Positions 46,843 to 56,528 of a stretch of 64,000 bases of DNA are shown in pieces (the first letter of the stretch is position 1; every line of letters begins with the position of its first letter). The DNA comes from Armatimonadota bacterium (lineage in GTDB: Bacteria > Armatimonadota > SYMT01). A program made the position numbers and the translations under genes. The stretch covers positions 1 through 64,000 of the forward strand of contig JBKBRF010000008.1 of the NCBI GenBank assembly GCA_046292385.1, written 5' to 3'. The notes beneath the pieces were generated by a model. It saw nothing but the letters and a program-made list of their open reading frames with translations. It was not told the DNA's origin and made no database searches.

Positions 46843-47970
46843 TCAGACGTAGTTGTAGCCGTACCACAGGTTCGGCAGCGGCAGCGCATTCGCCAGCACG
46901 TCTCGGATGCCGGACGGCAGCGGCGGCATCTCCACGCCGGTGTCGCTGGCGGTGCTGAAGAAGAGCGTCGTTGCCTGCGCCATGGTCGGCAGGCTTACCG
47001 TTTCGCTGCCCCACTCCAGCCGCACTCCCTCGCCCTCGGGTACGATCCGGAGCTGCTGCGCGGCGAGCTCTTCCAGAAGGGGGCGCACCGCCGTGAGGAA
47101 GCGCTCCGGGCTGATGATCCCCATGGTGGCGGAGTAGAGGAAGCGGCTGGAGGCCCAGCCGCGGGACTGCGCTACCTGCCGCCAGTCCGAGTCGTTCGGC
47201 TGTACCACCACGTCGGCGGCCTCCGCTCCCAGATCGCGCACCAGGCTGGGCAGCGCGCGGGAGAGGGCTCTGCGGCTGCCGGCGATCTCCCGTACGTGGA
47301 GCGGCTCTCCCGACCCCTCCGCCCCCTGTGCCGGGCGCTGGACTCCGGCGTAGGCCACGACCGCCCCGCCCCACCGGATGACGAAGAGGTCGGCGGGCCG
47401 GTTCATCAGCATCCCGCCTTCCATCAGCCGGCGCCAGTCTTCCATGGGACGGAAGAACCGTACCGGCTCCGCCTGGTAGAGGCTCGCCACGGCCGCCAGG
47501 TCCGCCCCCGCGTAGTGGCTCGACTGGTACGCGGGGTCCGGTTTGCCCGCGGGAACGGAGTAGGAGTCGAACGCGCCGACCTGCACGTACCCGAGCCGCT
47601 TGTAGAGGCCGCGGTCGCCGGAGATCAGCATCAGGCACGCGCCCTGCTCCACCGCCGAGGCGCGTGCCTCCGCCATCAGCCGGCTCGCGAGCCCCTGGCC
47701 CCGGTGCTCCGGGTCGGTGCCGACCGATCCGATCAGCGCGACCCGCAGGTTGGTGCCGAGAATGGCGGCGTCGCGCAGCACCACCCCCACGTGCGCCACG
47801 ATCCGGCCGCCGTTCCGCGCCACCCGCAGGTTCCGCCGGTTCGCCGGGTCGAAGAGGAGCGGATACTCCCGCACCATGTCGCCGGGACGCTCCGTGCGAA
47901 AGATGCGGTCGGCTAGCGCCCCCAACTCCTCCAGCTCGTCGGGGCCGCACGTTCCCAGCTCGTAGCTCAT
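46843..47970 (-). CDS. GNAT family acetyltransferase (Eis-like)
   Basis: IGSVGTDPEHRGQGLASRLM, LYKRLGY; 375 aa tandem-GNAT length. Confidence 0.85.
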   Translation of the reverse strand: MSYELGTCGPDELEELGALADRIFRTERPGDMVREYPLLFDPANRRNLRVARNGGRIVAHVGVVLRDAAILGTNLRVALIGSVGTDPEHRGQGLASRLMAEARASAVEQGACLMLISGDRGLYKRLGYVQVGAFDSYSVPAGKPDPAYQSSHYAGADLAAVASLYQAEPVRFFRPMEDWRRLMEGGMLMNRPADLFVIRWGGAVVAYAGVQRPAQGAEGSGEPLHVREIAGSRRALSRALPSLVRDLGAEAADVVVQPNDSDWRQVAQSRGWASSRFLYSATMGIISPERFLTAVRPLLEELAAQQLRIVPEGEGVRLEWGSETVSLPTMAQATTLFFSTASDTGVEMPPLPSGIRDVLANALPLPNLWYGYNYV

Positions 47971-48132
47971 CCCGGGCTCCTCCCTGTGGCTGCCCCGCTC
48001 CGCGGGGCTCGCGAGCCGAGCGCTCGACGCCTCAGAACGCGCCGTTCGCCGCCTCCGAGACCGGTTCCTGTGTCGCCGAGACCGCTTCCACTGGACGCCT
48101 GGGAACGCGCGGATTGACGGAGGCGGGCTCCC

Positions 48133-50994
48133 CTATCGCCGCGAGCCGGAGACGGGGACGCGCACCAGGGGACGGGCCGGGTCGTCGCTGGCGATCTCGA
48201 GAGTTTGCCGGAAGCTCCCCGCGTTCTGCGGCGTGAAGGTGACGACCAGCTCCTGGGACTGCTTCGGACCGAGGACCACCGGTCCGGTAGGGCTGACGCT
48301 GAACGGCTCCCCGAGCGACTGCACCTGGAGCGCAAGCGGCCCCTTTCCGGTATTGCGAGCCTTGAGCCGCTCGACCCGGGTCCGGCTGCGGGTGACGCGG
48401 CCGAAGCTGATCTTTCCAGGCGTCAGGCGGAGCACCCCCTCCGCGGCCGGGGTGGTGATCGTCGCCAGGTTGGAGTACGGCGAGGCTCCCATGGCGCTGA
48501 CCGCCCGTACGCGGTACGTGTAGGTCGTCTCCGCGGAGAGCCCGAAGTCGCGGTAGCTCTCGGTCCCCGCTGCTACGGTGGCGATCGTCTCGAAGCCGTC
48601 GCCGTCCCAATCGGCGGGGACGCCCCCGATCCGGCGCTCGATCTGGAAGCCTCCTCCGTCCTGGAACCGGTCCAGCCAGGAGAGATGGAGGACGGTGGCC
48701 GCGTGCGCGGTCAGCGTCAGGTTGGAAGGCGGGCCGAACGGCGCGAAGCCGACCTTCGCCACAAAGGCGTCCTCCCCGCCGCTGTGAGTGGCACCCGGTC
48801 CATTCACCACGGGAAAGCCCTGGCCCGGCGTGGAGTAGGCGGTTCCGCAGACGTGGGCGACTCCCTGCGTGTCGAGCGCGATCCCCTCGCCCGTCTCGTC
48901 GTCGCTCCCGCCGATATAACCCGCGTAGACGAGCCCCGTCCCCCCGGGCTGGATCCTCGCCACGAAGAGATCGCTGCCGCCATTGTGCGAGAGGTCCGGG
49001 CCGGAAAGCGCGGGAAAGCCCTGCGCCGAAGACGACCAGGTGGTGCCGCAGACGTACGCGCCTCCCTGGCCGTCTACCGCGATGCTCTCTCCGTAGTCCG
49101 CGCCGGCGCCGCCCAGGTAGCCGCAGTATTCCAGCCCGGAGCCGCCCGGCTGCACCTTGGCGACGAACGCGTCGAAGTTGCCGCCGTAGACGAGCTCCGG
49201 TCCTACGAGGGCCGGAAAGCCCTGGTGGGGCGAGGAGAGGGTGGTGCCGCAGAGATAGGCCGCCCCTACGCTGTCGATCGCGATGCCTTGCGCCCAATCG
49301 GACCCGCTGCCGCCCAGGTAGCCGCAGTATGCCAACCCGGTGCCGTTCGGCAGTACTTTGGCGACGAAGCCGTCGGTCCAGCCTGCGAAGGTGGTGTCGA
49401 GCCCGCCGCTCACCGGAAACCCCGGACCCTGACCCGAGGCAGGGGCGGAGCTGGTCCAGCCGCACACGTAGGCGGCCCCCTGCTGATCGACCGCGATGCT
49501 GCTCGCGTAGTCGTCGTCGCCGCCGCCGATGTAACCGCAGTACTCCAGCGCGGCGCCGCTGGGACGCAGCTTCGCCACCCAGGCGTCGAGTCCGTTGTTC
49601 CACTGGAGGTCCGGGCCGGTCTTCACCGGGAAATCGAAGTACTCGGTTGCCAGGGTCCAGCCGCACACGTAGGCCGCGCCGTTCTGATCGACTGCGATCC
49701 CCTGCGCCCGCGTCCCCCAGCCTCCCCCGATATAGCCGCAGTACTCCAGCACGTCTCCCTTGGAATTCAGCTTCGCGACCCAGGCGTTCGGGTTGGAGTT
49801 GAGGGGTCCGTTGAAGGTGAGATCGGGCCCTACCCGCGCCGGAAAGCCCTGGCTCTCCGCCGAGTAGGTGATCCCGCACAGGTAGGCGCTCCCCTGCTGG
49901 TCCACCGCGATGGCGTTCGCCGAGTCCAGCCGGTGCCCGCCAATGTAGCCGCAGTAGAGGAGCCCCGCCCCATCCGGCCGCACCCGGGCGACGAACGCAT
50001 CCTGGCTCGTCCCTTTTACGAGACTCGGTCCGAACGTGACCGGGAAGCCCTGGAGCTCGGAGGAGCTGGTGGTGCCGCAGACGTAGGCGTAGCCCAGGCG
50101 GTCGACCGCGATGGCGTGGGCCGACTCGTCCGCGGCGCCGCCCAGGTAGCCGCAGTAGAGCAGCACGGTCGGATCGATGACCAGGGTCTGCTCGCTGTCG
50201 TACGCGCCGAGCCGGAAGGAGACGACGGGATCTCCACCCGGCCCCGCTTCGACGCGATAGGCGGAAGACACCGCAGCTCGGCTCCCTCCGGCCTGGGTGA
50301 AGCTCATCGGCGCCTCATCGACCACCGTTCGGATCGGATTCTCCAGGCGCAGCCGGCCGGCGTCGTCTACCTTCACCCGTTCGGCGCCGCGTACGCGCAG
50401 GCGGATGACGCTCGGGTCCGCGCCGGGCTGCACCTCGAACTGATACTTCAGGGCGGAGCCGTCGCCGCGATAGACCAGGTCGATCCCCGGCCAGACCTCC
50501 CGGTACCTCACGCCCAGGAAGCTCGGCACGCCGGACTGCCAGTCGGCCTGCTCACCGCGGAAGAAGCTGAAGACGCACCCGGCAGGCTCGCTGCCTACCA
50601 CTTCCACCGCCGGATTGCTGTCTACGAACTCGACCCCCAGCGTCCACCGGCGCTCCGCCTCCTCCAGGGCTGCTTCCGCCGCTGGACGAGAGCCGGAGCG
50701 CAGGAGCGCGGCGTCCGCGCGCGGTGGGCTGCCGGACCGCTCCCGCAGCGTGAAGCGCACTCCGGTGCGCGTAAAGCCGACGTCCGCCTCGCTGCCGCGC
50801 GTGGAGTAGAGCACCTCCGCGCCGGCCTGCCCGCGGTTCTCCACGAAATAGAGCGGCACCCGGGCGAGCGAGGCGGCCGCGGGCGCGCTCGTGGCCGGGA
50901 GCGGCTGCAGGACGCCCCCGGGGAGGGCGAGTGTCGCTGCTCCGCCGATCAGGGTCAAGAGCAAAGTCCACGGGGCGCGAGCAGGTGCGGACAT
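48133..50994 (-). CDS. exported SBBP beta-propeller repeat protein with FN3 and C-terminal Ig-like (ASH) domains
   Basis: FVENRGQ N-domain; ~7 repeats YCGY(L/I)GG...IAVD..G.AY.CG.T...DAFVAK; FN3 (PSNL...W...YTYRVRA...SPYSN); FG...NTG...F.P Ig domain. Confidence 0.85.
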   Translation of the reverse strand: MSAPARAPWTLLLTLIGGAATLALPGGVLQPLPATSAPAAASLARVPLYFVENRGQAGAEVLYSTRGSEADVGFTRTGVRFTLRERSGSPPRADAALLRSGSRPAAEAALEEAERRWTLGVEFVDSNPAVEVVGSEPAGCVFSFFRGEQADWQSGVPSFLGVRYREVWPGIDLVYRGDGSALKYQFEVQPGADPSVIRLRVRGAERVKVDDAGRLRLENPIRTVVDEAPMSFTQAGGSRAAVSSAYRVEAGPGGDPVVSFRLGAYDSEQTLVIDPTVLLYCGYLGGAADESAHAIAVDRLGYAYVCGTTSSSELQGFPVTFGPSLVKGTSQDAFVARVRPDGAGLLYCGYIGGHRLDSANAIAVDQQGSAYLCGITYSAESQGFPARVGPDLTFNGPLNSNPNAWVAKLNSKGDVLEYCGYIGGGWGTRAQGIAVDQNGAAYVCGWTLATEYFDFPVKTGPDLQWNNGLDAWVAKLRPSGAALEYCGYIGGGDDDYASSIAVDQQGAAYVCGWTSSAPASGQGPGFPVSGGLDTTFAGWTDGFVAKVLPNGTGLAYCGYLGGSGSDWAQGIAIDSVGAAYLCGTTLSSPHQGFPALVGPELVYGGNFDAFVAKVQPGGSGLEYCGYLGGAGADYGESIAVDGQGGAYVCGTTWSSSAQGFPALSGPDLSHNGGSDLFVARIQPGGTGLVYAGYIGGSDDETGEGIALDTQGVAHVCGTAYSTPGQGFPVVNGPGATHSGGEDAFVAKVGFAPFGPPSNLTLTAHAATVLHLSWLDRFQDGGGFQIERRIGGVPADWDGDGFETIATVAAGTESYRDFGLSAETTYTYRVRAVSAMGASPYSNLATITTPAAEGVLRLTPGKISFGRVTRSRTRVERLKARNTGKGPLALQVQSLGEPFSVSPTGPVVLGPKQSQELVVTFTPQNAGSFRQTLEIASDDPARPLVRVPVSGSRR

Positions 50995-51356
50995 GAGAGG
51001 CGGTCTCCGGGAGCGAACGGGTGCGGCCGGGCGCCGAGTGCCCTTCGCTGCGGCGTTCACCGCGGACGGCTGGTTGACCTCCGAACAGAGGGCCATCTCA
51101 CGGTAAAGAGATCGGCGGCAGAATGAAGGGCGCGTAATCGGGCGCGGGTTCGACAGTCCCGTCCGGAGTCCGAGAGGGAACGCGGGAGGCTGCGGCGAAT
51201 CGAAGACCAGTCCGCTCCCTCGCCCGAAGCCCGCGTAAGCCTCGCGCGGACCTCCCGGCGCTGAATGACTTGCGCCGGATTGCGGGACGGACTCTAGATT
51301 TCGCATCGATTCGCCGGCACTGCCGCTCTGGCAGCATCCGATAGTAGGAGCGTTCC

Positions 51357-52652
51357 ATGGCTCGAGCTTTCAATCGACGGACCTTTTTGATGGGCGCGCT
51401 CGCTGCGCCGGCGCTCACGCCGAGCATCGCACGGGCGGTACAGGAGCAGAAGCTCCGCGTGGCGGTGATCGGCGTGGGCGGCCAGGGCGCCTACACCTGG
51501 AGCAACCTCACCAGCGAGGAGATGGTGATGCTCTGCGACGTCGACCTCGCCCGCGTGGCGGACGCCGCGAAGCAGTACCCCAAGGCGGAAGTGGTGCAGG
51601 ACTTCCGGCGGGTGCTCGACCGGAAAGACATCGATGCTGTAGCGGTCTGCACGCCGGACCACTGGCACGCCATCCCCACCGTCTGGGCGATGCAGACCGG
51701 CAAGCATGTCTACTGCGAGAAGCCGCTGGGCCACTCCGTCTACGAGACCCGCGTGATGGCGGAGGTGGCGAAGGAGAAGAAGCGCGTCACCCAGATGGGC
51801 ACCCAGATCCATTCCGGCGGCAACTACCGGCGCGTGGTGGAGCTGGTACAGGCGGGCGCCATCGGCCCCGTGCGGCGGGTCGACGTCTGGTGCGAGCGCA
51901 GCCCGGACCGCGGCAAGCTCGGTCCGCAGGGGACGGCGCCGTCTACGCTCGACTACGACCTCTGGCTCGGCCCCGCGCCGGAGCGCCCGTTCAACTCCCA
52001 GATCGTGCCGTTCGGCTGGCGCTGGTGGTGGGAGTTCGGCGGCGGCGTGCTGGCGGACATGGCGTGCCACTTCATGGACCTCCCCCACTGGGCGCTCGGC
52101 CTGCGGCACCCGGAGCGGGTGAAGGCGGAAGGCACCACCTTTACCGACGCGGACAACACCGTTCCGAACCTGTTGAAGGTCGACTTCCACTACCCCGCGC
52201 GCGGCTCGCAGCCGCCGGTCCACCTGGTCTGGTGGCACGGCACCCCGGGCCCGCGGGATGACGAAGGGAAGGTCCGCAGCCTGCACGGCTTCGGCAGCGG
52301 CGTCCTCTTCACGGGCGAGAAGGGCCAGATCATCTCCGACTACGGCCGCCACATGCTGCTGCCGGAAGAGCAGTTCAAGGACTACCAGCGCCCCTCCCCG
52401 ACGATCCCCGACTCGGTGGGCCATCACCGGGAGTGGATCAACGCCATCAAGAACGGCGGCCCCACCACCTGCAACTTCGACTACAGCGGCGCCCTCACGG
52501 AGACGGTCCACCTCGGCAACGTCTCTTTCCGTCTCGGCGGCAAGGAGCTGCACTGGGATCCGAAGCGCCTCCGCGTCACTAACCTGCCGGAGAGCGAGTG
52601 GAAGCCGCTGATCCGCCGGGAGTACCGCGGGGATTGGAAGCTGAAGCGGTAG
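51357..52652 (+). CDS. Gfo/Idh/MocA family oxidoreductase, Tat-exported
   Basis: NRRTFL, IGVGGQG, TPDHWH, YCEKPL, DMACHFMD. Confidence 0.92.
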   Translation: MARAFNRRTFLMGALAAPALTPSIARAVQEQKLRVAVIGVGGQGAYTWSNLTSEEMVMLCDVDLARVADAAKQYPKAEVVQDFRRVLDRKDIDAVAVCTPDHWHAIPTVWAMQTGKHVYCEKPLGHSVYETRVMAEVAKEKKRVTQMGTQIHSGGNYRRVVELVQAGAIGPVRRVDVWCERSPDRGKLGPQGTAPSTLDYDLWLGPAPERPFNSQIVPFGWRWWWEFGGGVLADMACHFMDLPHWALGLRHPERVKAEGTTFTDADNTVPNLLKVDFHYPARGSQPPVHLVWWHGTPGPRDDEGKVRSLHGFGSGVLFTGEKGQIISDYGRHMLLPEEQFKDYQRPSPTIPDSVGHHREWINAIKNGGPTTCNFDYSGALTETVHLGNVSFRLGGKELHWDPKRLRVTNLPESEWKPLIRREYRGDWKLKR

Positions 52653-52664
52653 CCTTTCAGGCGG

Positions 52665-52835
52665 GATTCTTCGACACAGAGGGACACAGAAGAACCAACA
52701 GAGGGGACACAGAAGTGAACGGGACGGGCGGGGCTTGCCGTGAGCCGAGGGGCTCGACGAGCGGCAGTAGGCAGGTAGGCCCGGCCTTATCCACCTGAAT
52801 TCTGTGTCCCCTCTGTTCCGTCTGTGTCTCTCTGT
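52665..52835. repeat. palindromic repeat family C (GACACAGA units); right arm interrupted by element B and resumed at 53624-53638
   Basis: GACACAGAGGGACACAGAAGAAC..AGAGGGGACACAGA left arm and complementary TCTGTGTCCCCTCTGTT..TCTGTGTC right arm. Confidence 0.7.
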
Positions 52836-53627
52836 ACTACTCACCGCGAGAATCTTGCGGGGATGCGCAGATTCTGCTGGCGGTCATCGCGCGCCTGGGC
52901 CTCGCGGAGCCGGAGGGTGCCAGTTGTGTGGCGCTTTTGCTTCTCTTCGAGCTGCAGCCTCGATCCCGCAACCCGACCCCGCGCCCTTGTGCCGGGAGGC
53001 AGCCCTCCCGCGACGAAAGCCCTCCGCGGCCTTTCACACTCCGCTCCGCTCCGTTAGCAGGCCGCTGCGGGAACTCCCGCCGAGAAGCTCATCCCGCGCC
53101 AGGAAGCGTAACCCGTGCCGACAGGGAAGCTCACGGGCTGCCTCCCGACCCTTCGAGCTACCACCCCTCGCCAGGGGTGGTTACAACTGGCGCCCTCCGG
53201 GCGCCTCCGGTCTGAGCACGGTCGGCCGCCCGGTTGCCTCAAGCCGGTGCCGCACTACCAGCTTCGCGCCCCCAGCGCGTGGGGGTCTGCGAAGCCCGGA
53301 AGCACTGCCGAAGGCAGGGCTGGAGGGGTTCACCTGTGACCACCCCTGCGAGGGGTGGTCGCTTGAGCCGTCTGGAGCGGCCCGTGAACCGTGATCTGGC
53401 TACAGGCGCCGCCTACGGACGCGGAACGCAGCGCGCCGGGGAGCACGCCCGCAGCGCCCGCTAGCGGAGGCGAAGCCGGAGCGTGAAAGGGCCGCGGAGG
53501 GCCACCCACGCGGGAGGGCCGCTCCGGGCGGGGAGGGCGCGGGGTGGACCCTCGGCGCGATCCTGATCTCGACTATCCGAGCAGTCTTCCGCCGCCGTGA
53601 GATTGGTGGCGGCATCAGCCGTGCTGT
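52832..53627 (-). mobile_element. element B, complete copy (796 bp)
   Basis: CTGT direct repeats at both ends; co-linear reverse complement of 6884-7679. Confidence 0.75.
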
Positions 53628-53639
53628 GTCTGAAATCCG

Positions 53640-54710
53640 CTACGGCAGCCGCAGGCGGAAGGCTCTCGGCTGGCCGTTCAGGCGGCCCTGGCCGCAGACC
53701 TGGTTCGCCGCGTTGATCCCGTAGGCGATCTGCAGGTTCCAGCCGCTCCCCTTCGGCAGCAGGGTGTTCAGGTCGATCACCTTGTTCCCGCGCCAGAGGG
53801 TGGCGCGCAGCTCGCCGCCGGCCGTGGCGGAGTAGCCGACGATCTTCCCGGCCGGGTCGATGCCGTAGGCGCAGCTCACCGCTTCGCCGGGAAGGCTCTT
53901 CAGCGCGGTGGGGCGGGCATTCTTCCGGCTGGAGCGCCAGGCCACCGCGCGGCGCGTGCGGAAGCCGAGGTCGTCGGTCTTCCCCGTCTCCGACTCGCCG
54001 ACCGCAACTCCCCGGGTGTTGATGGCGTAGGCGGTGGCGAACTTCGAGCCCCTCAGCCCGCGGAGCGGCAGGAGCCGGCTCCCCTGGAACCGGGCCGGGG
54101 CGAACCGGACGGTGCCGTCTTTCTCCTCGCCGGTTGAGTAGCGGCCGGCCATGGTACCGCCGGTGTTGATGCCGAAGGCGAGGCTATAGTCGGCGTCATC
54201 TCGCGTCGCGTTCGGGCCGCGCAGGCCTTTCCACCGCACGCCGCGGAGCAGCCCCTCGGGGGTATCCGAGGTGCCGGCGATCAGCGTCGTGCCGGCAAGC
54301 GACCGCGCCGTACTGGACGAAGCGCCGGAGAGGACGGCGAGGTCCAGCATGGTCTCCTCGGCGTGGATGAAGGCGTGGTTGAACAGGCGTCCGGAGCCGG
54401 CGTCGGTGAGCGACTCCCCCACCACCTGCGGCCCCAACACCGCGCGGCCGAAGCTGTCGGTGCCGCCGGGGAGCGTGCCGAGATCCTGCGCTTCCCTGCC
54501 CAGCCAGGCCGTCGCGTGGAAGCGGCCGTCCGGCATCTGGGACGCGCCGGCGACGCGCCCGCTGGCGCAAATGCCGTACGCCACGCTGTAGGTGCCGCCG
54601 GGAAGCGGGGGGAGCGCGTCGATCTTGACACGCGCGGAGCCGACCTCGTCCTGGCAGAGCGCCAGGGCAGCGGCAGCGAAGATCAGGGCGGCGGCGCGGC
54701 GGGTCGACAT
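53640..54710 (-). CDS. exported HAF-repeat protein
   Basis: Signal peptide; repeats DLGTLPGG..S.A.(G/A)IN..G.VVG.S and NHAF; IDLNTLL C-terminal motif. Confidence 0.85.
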   Translation of the reverse strand: MSTRRAAALIFAAAALALCQDEVGSARVKIDALPPLPGGTYSVAYGICASGRVAGASQMPDGRFHATAWLGREAQDLGTLPGGTDSFGRAVLGPQVVGESLTDAGSGRLFNHAFIHAEETMLDLAVLSGASSSTARSLAGTTLIAGTSDTPEGLLRGVRWKGLRGPNATRDDADYSLAFGINTGGTMAGRYSTGEEKDGTVRFAPARFQGSRLLPLRGLRGSKFATAYAINTRGVAVGESETGKTDDLGFRTRRAVAWRSSRKNARPTALKSLPGEAVSCAYGIDPAGKIVGYSATAGGELRATLWRGNKVIDLNTLLPKGSGWNLQIAYGINAANQVCGQGRLNGQPRAFRLRLP

Positions 54711-54813
54711 TCGGCACTCCCCAGAGCGATCGATTCTCTGCCAGCCAATTGAGCGAGCGAAGGACAGTTCCCTCCCTCTGTGGAACAGCAGACCACCTTT
54801 CGTGGAGGGTCTG

Positions 54814-55578
54814 ATGAGTAACCGGGGACGTAAGTCGGCAGCCAGGATCGCAGTGGCAGTGGGAGTGCTGCTGCTGGTCTGCGCCTTTCTCTTCCGCGGG
54901 CACGCCGCGTCTGCGCTCGGCGGCGAGCCCGCGCTGACCGTCTACGTGCTGCGCAGCGGCAGCGCGGAGCAGGACGGCGCGGTGGAAGCGGCGCTGCAGG
55001 AAGCGGGCTACTCCGTGACGATGGGCGTGCCGACCCCGGTCTGGGACGGCACTTCCGCAGACCTCACCGCGTTCGACGTTGTGGTGCTGCTGAACAGCTA
55101 CAACTGGATCAGCACGGAGATGCCGTCTGCCGGCCAGCGCGCGCTGATGAGCTACGTCGCCGGCGGTGGCGGGCTGATTACGGCGGAGTGGCTGATGTGG
55201 AACGTCTACCGCAGCGGCGCCGCCTCCGGCCTGGCCCCGGCCCTCCCCGCCACCACCTCCAGCTACGTCGCCGCCGTCGAGCCGATCACCTACACTCGCG
55301 CGGCGGCCGACCCGGTGCTGGACGAGGGTGTCGCCGACTCCTTTACCTTCGCGCCGAACGACGTCTTCGGGAGCGAGTCGACCCTCAAGCCGAAGCAGGG
55401 CGCCACCGTCTTCTACCAGAGCGGCGGCGCGAGCGGCGCGGGTGTCCTCGGATGGGACTACCGCGAAGGGCGGGTGCTCAGCTTCTCCACCTTCATCAGC
55501 CAGGCCGAGCTGGCCCACCCGGACTACCGCCGCCTCTTCCGGAACGGGGTGCGCTGGGCGGCGGGGGATTCTTTTTAG
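54814..55578 (+). CDS. exported hypothetical protein, class I glutamine amidotransferase-like/ThuA-like fold
   Basis: GGAGG RBS; signal/TM; DLTAFDVVVL, YVAGGGGLI, GRVL, LFRNGVRWAA. Confidence 0.65.
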   Translation: MSNRGRKSAARIAVAVGVLLLVCAFLFRGHAASALGGEPALTVYVLRSGSAEQDGAVEAALQEAGYSVTMGVPTPVWDGTSADLTAFDVVVLLNSYNWISTEMPSAGQRALMSYVAGGGGLITAEWLMWNVYRSGAASGLAPALPATTSSYVAAVEPITYTRAAADPVLDEGVADSFTFAPNDVFGSESTLKPKQGATVFYQSGGASGAGVLGWDYREGRVLSFSTFISQAELAHPDYRRLFRNGVRWAAGDSF

Positions 55579-55618
55579 ACACAGAGGGACACAGAAGAAC
55601 CTGCAGAAGGAACACAGA
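55566..55618. repeat. repeat family C left arm; its right arm lies at 56484-56530 beyond element B
   Basis: GACACAGAGGGACACAGAAGAAC; complementary CTGTGTCCCCTCTGTTCAGTCTGTGTCCCTCTGTGTC at 56484. Confidence 0.7.
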
Positions 55619-55698
55619 TTTGAATTGAGCCAGCGCTCTTGCCGGGTTCCGATAGCCCAACGGGAGTCGGAAGGGGCCTGAGTCGCTTGCTCACTTCT

Positions 55699-56487
55699 CT
55701 GTACTACTCACCGTGAGAGTTTTGTCGAGCCGGGCAGATTCTGCCGGCGGGCATGGCGCGTGGAGCTTGCGAAGCGGAAGGGGCCAGTCTTGAGGCATCT
55801 TTGCTTCTCTTTGAGATGCAGCCTCGATCCCACGACCCGACCCCGAGCCCTTGTGCCGGAAGGCAGCCCTCCCGCGACGAAGGCCCTCCGCGGCCTTTTC
55901 ACACTCCGCTGCGCTCCGTTAGCAGGCCGCTGCGGGAGTGCAATTCGCCAAGCTCTTCCCGCGCCAGGAAGCGTAACCCGTGCCGACAGGGGAGCTCACG
56001 GGCTGCCTCCCGACCCTTCGAGCTACCACCCCTCGCCAGGGGTGGTCACAAGTGAACCCCTCCAGCCCTGCCTCCGGCAGCGCTTCCGGGCTTCGCAGAT
56101 CCGCTCGCCCGAGTGCGCGGCCGGTCGTGCCGGACCGGCTTGAGGCAACCCGTCGGCGGCGGACCGTGCCCAGACCACAGGCGTCCGGAGGACGCCAATT
56201 ATGACCACCCCTGGCGAGGGGTGGTCGCTTGAGCCGCCCGGAGCGGCCCGTGAGTCGCCGCATCGCTACTACCGCAGGCCACAAACGCGGAGCGCAGCCA
56301 GTCGAAGGGCACGCCCGGAGCAGTCCGCTAGCCCGGAGGGCGTGAAAGGACTGCGGGAGGGCCACCCACGCGGGAGGGCCGCTCCGGGTGGGGATGGCGC
56401 GGGGTGGACTCCCGGAGCGATGACGGTCTCGACGAGAGAATCTTTCTCCCGCCGCCTCGAGTTTGGTTGCGGCATCAGCCGCGCTGT
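55699..56487 (-). mobile_element. element B, complete copy (789 bp) with inverted central core
   Basis: CTGT direct repeats; flanks in minus orientation while core 56047-56203 is in plus orientation. Confidence 0.75.
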
Positions 56488-56528
56488 GTCCCCTCTGTTC
56501 AGTCTGTGTCCCTCTGTGTCGAAAGAAA

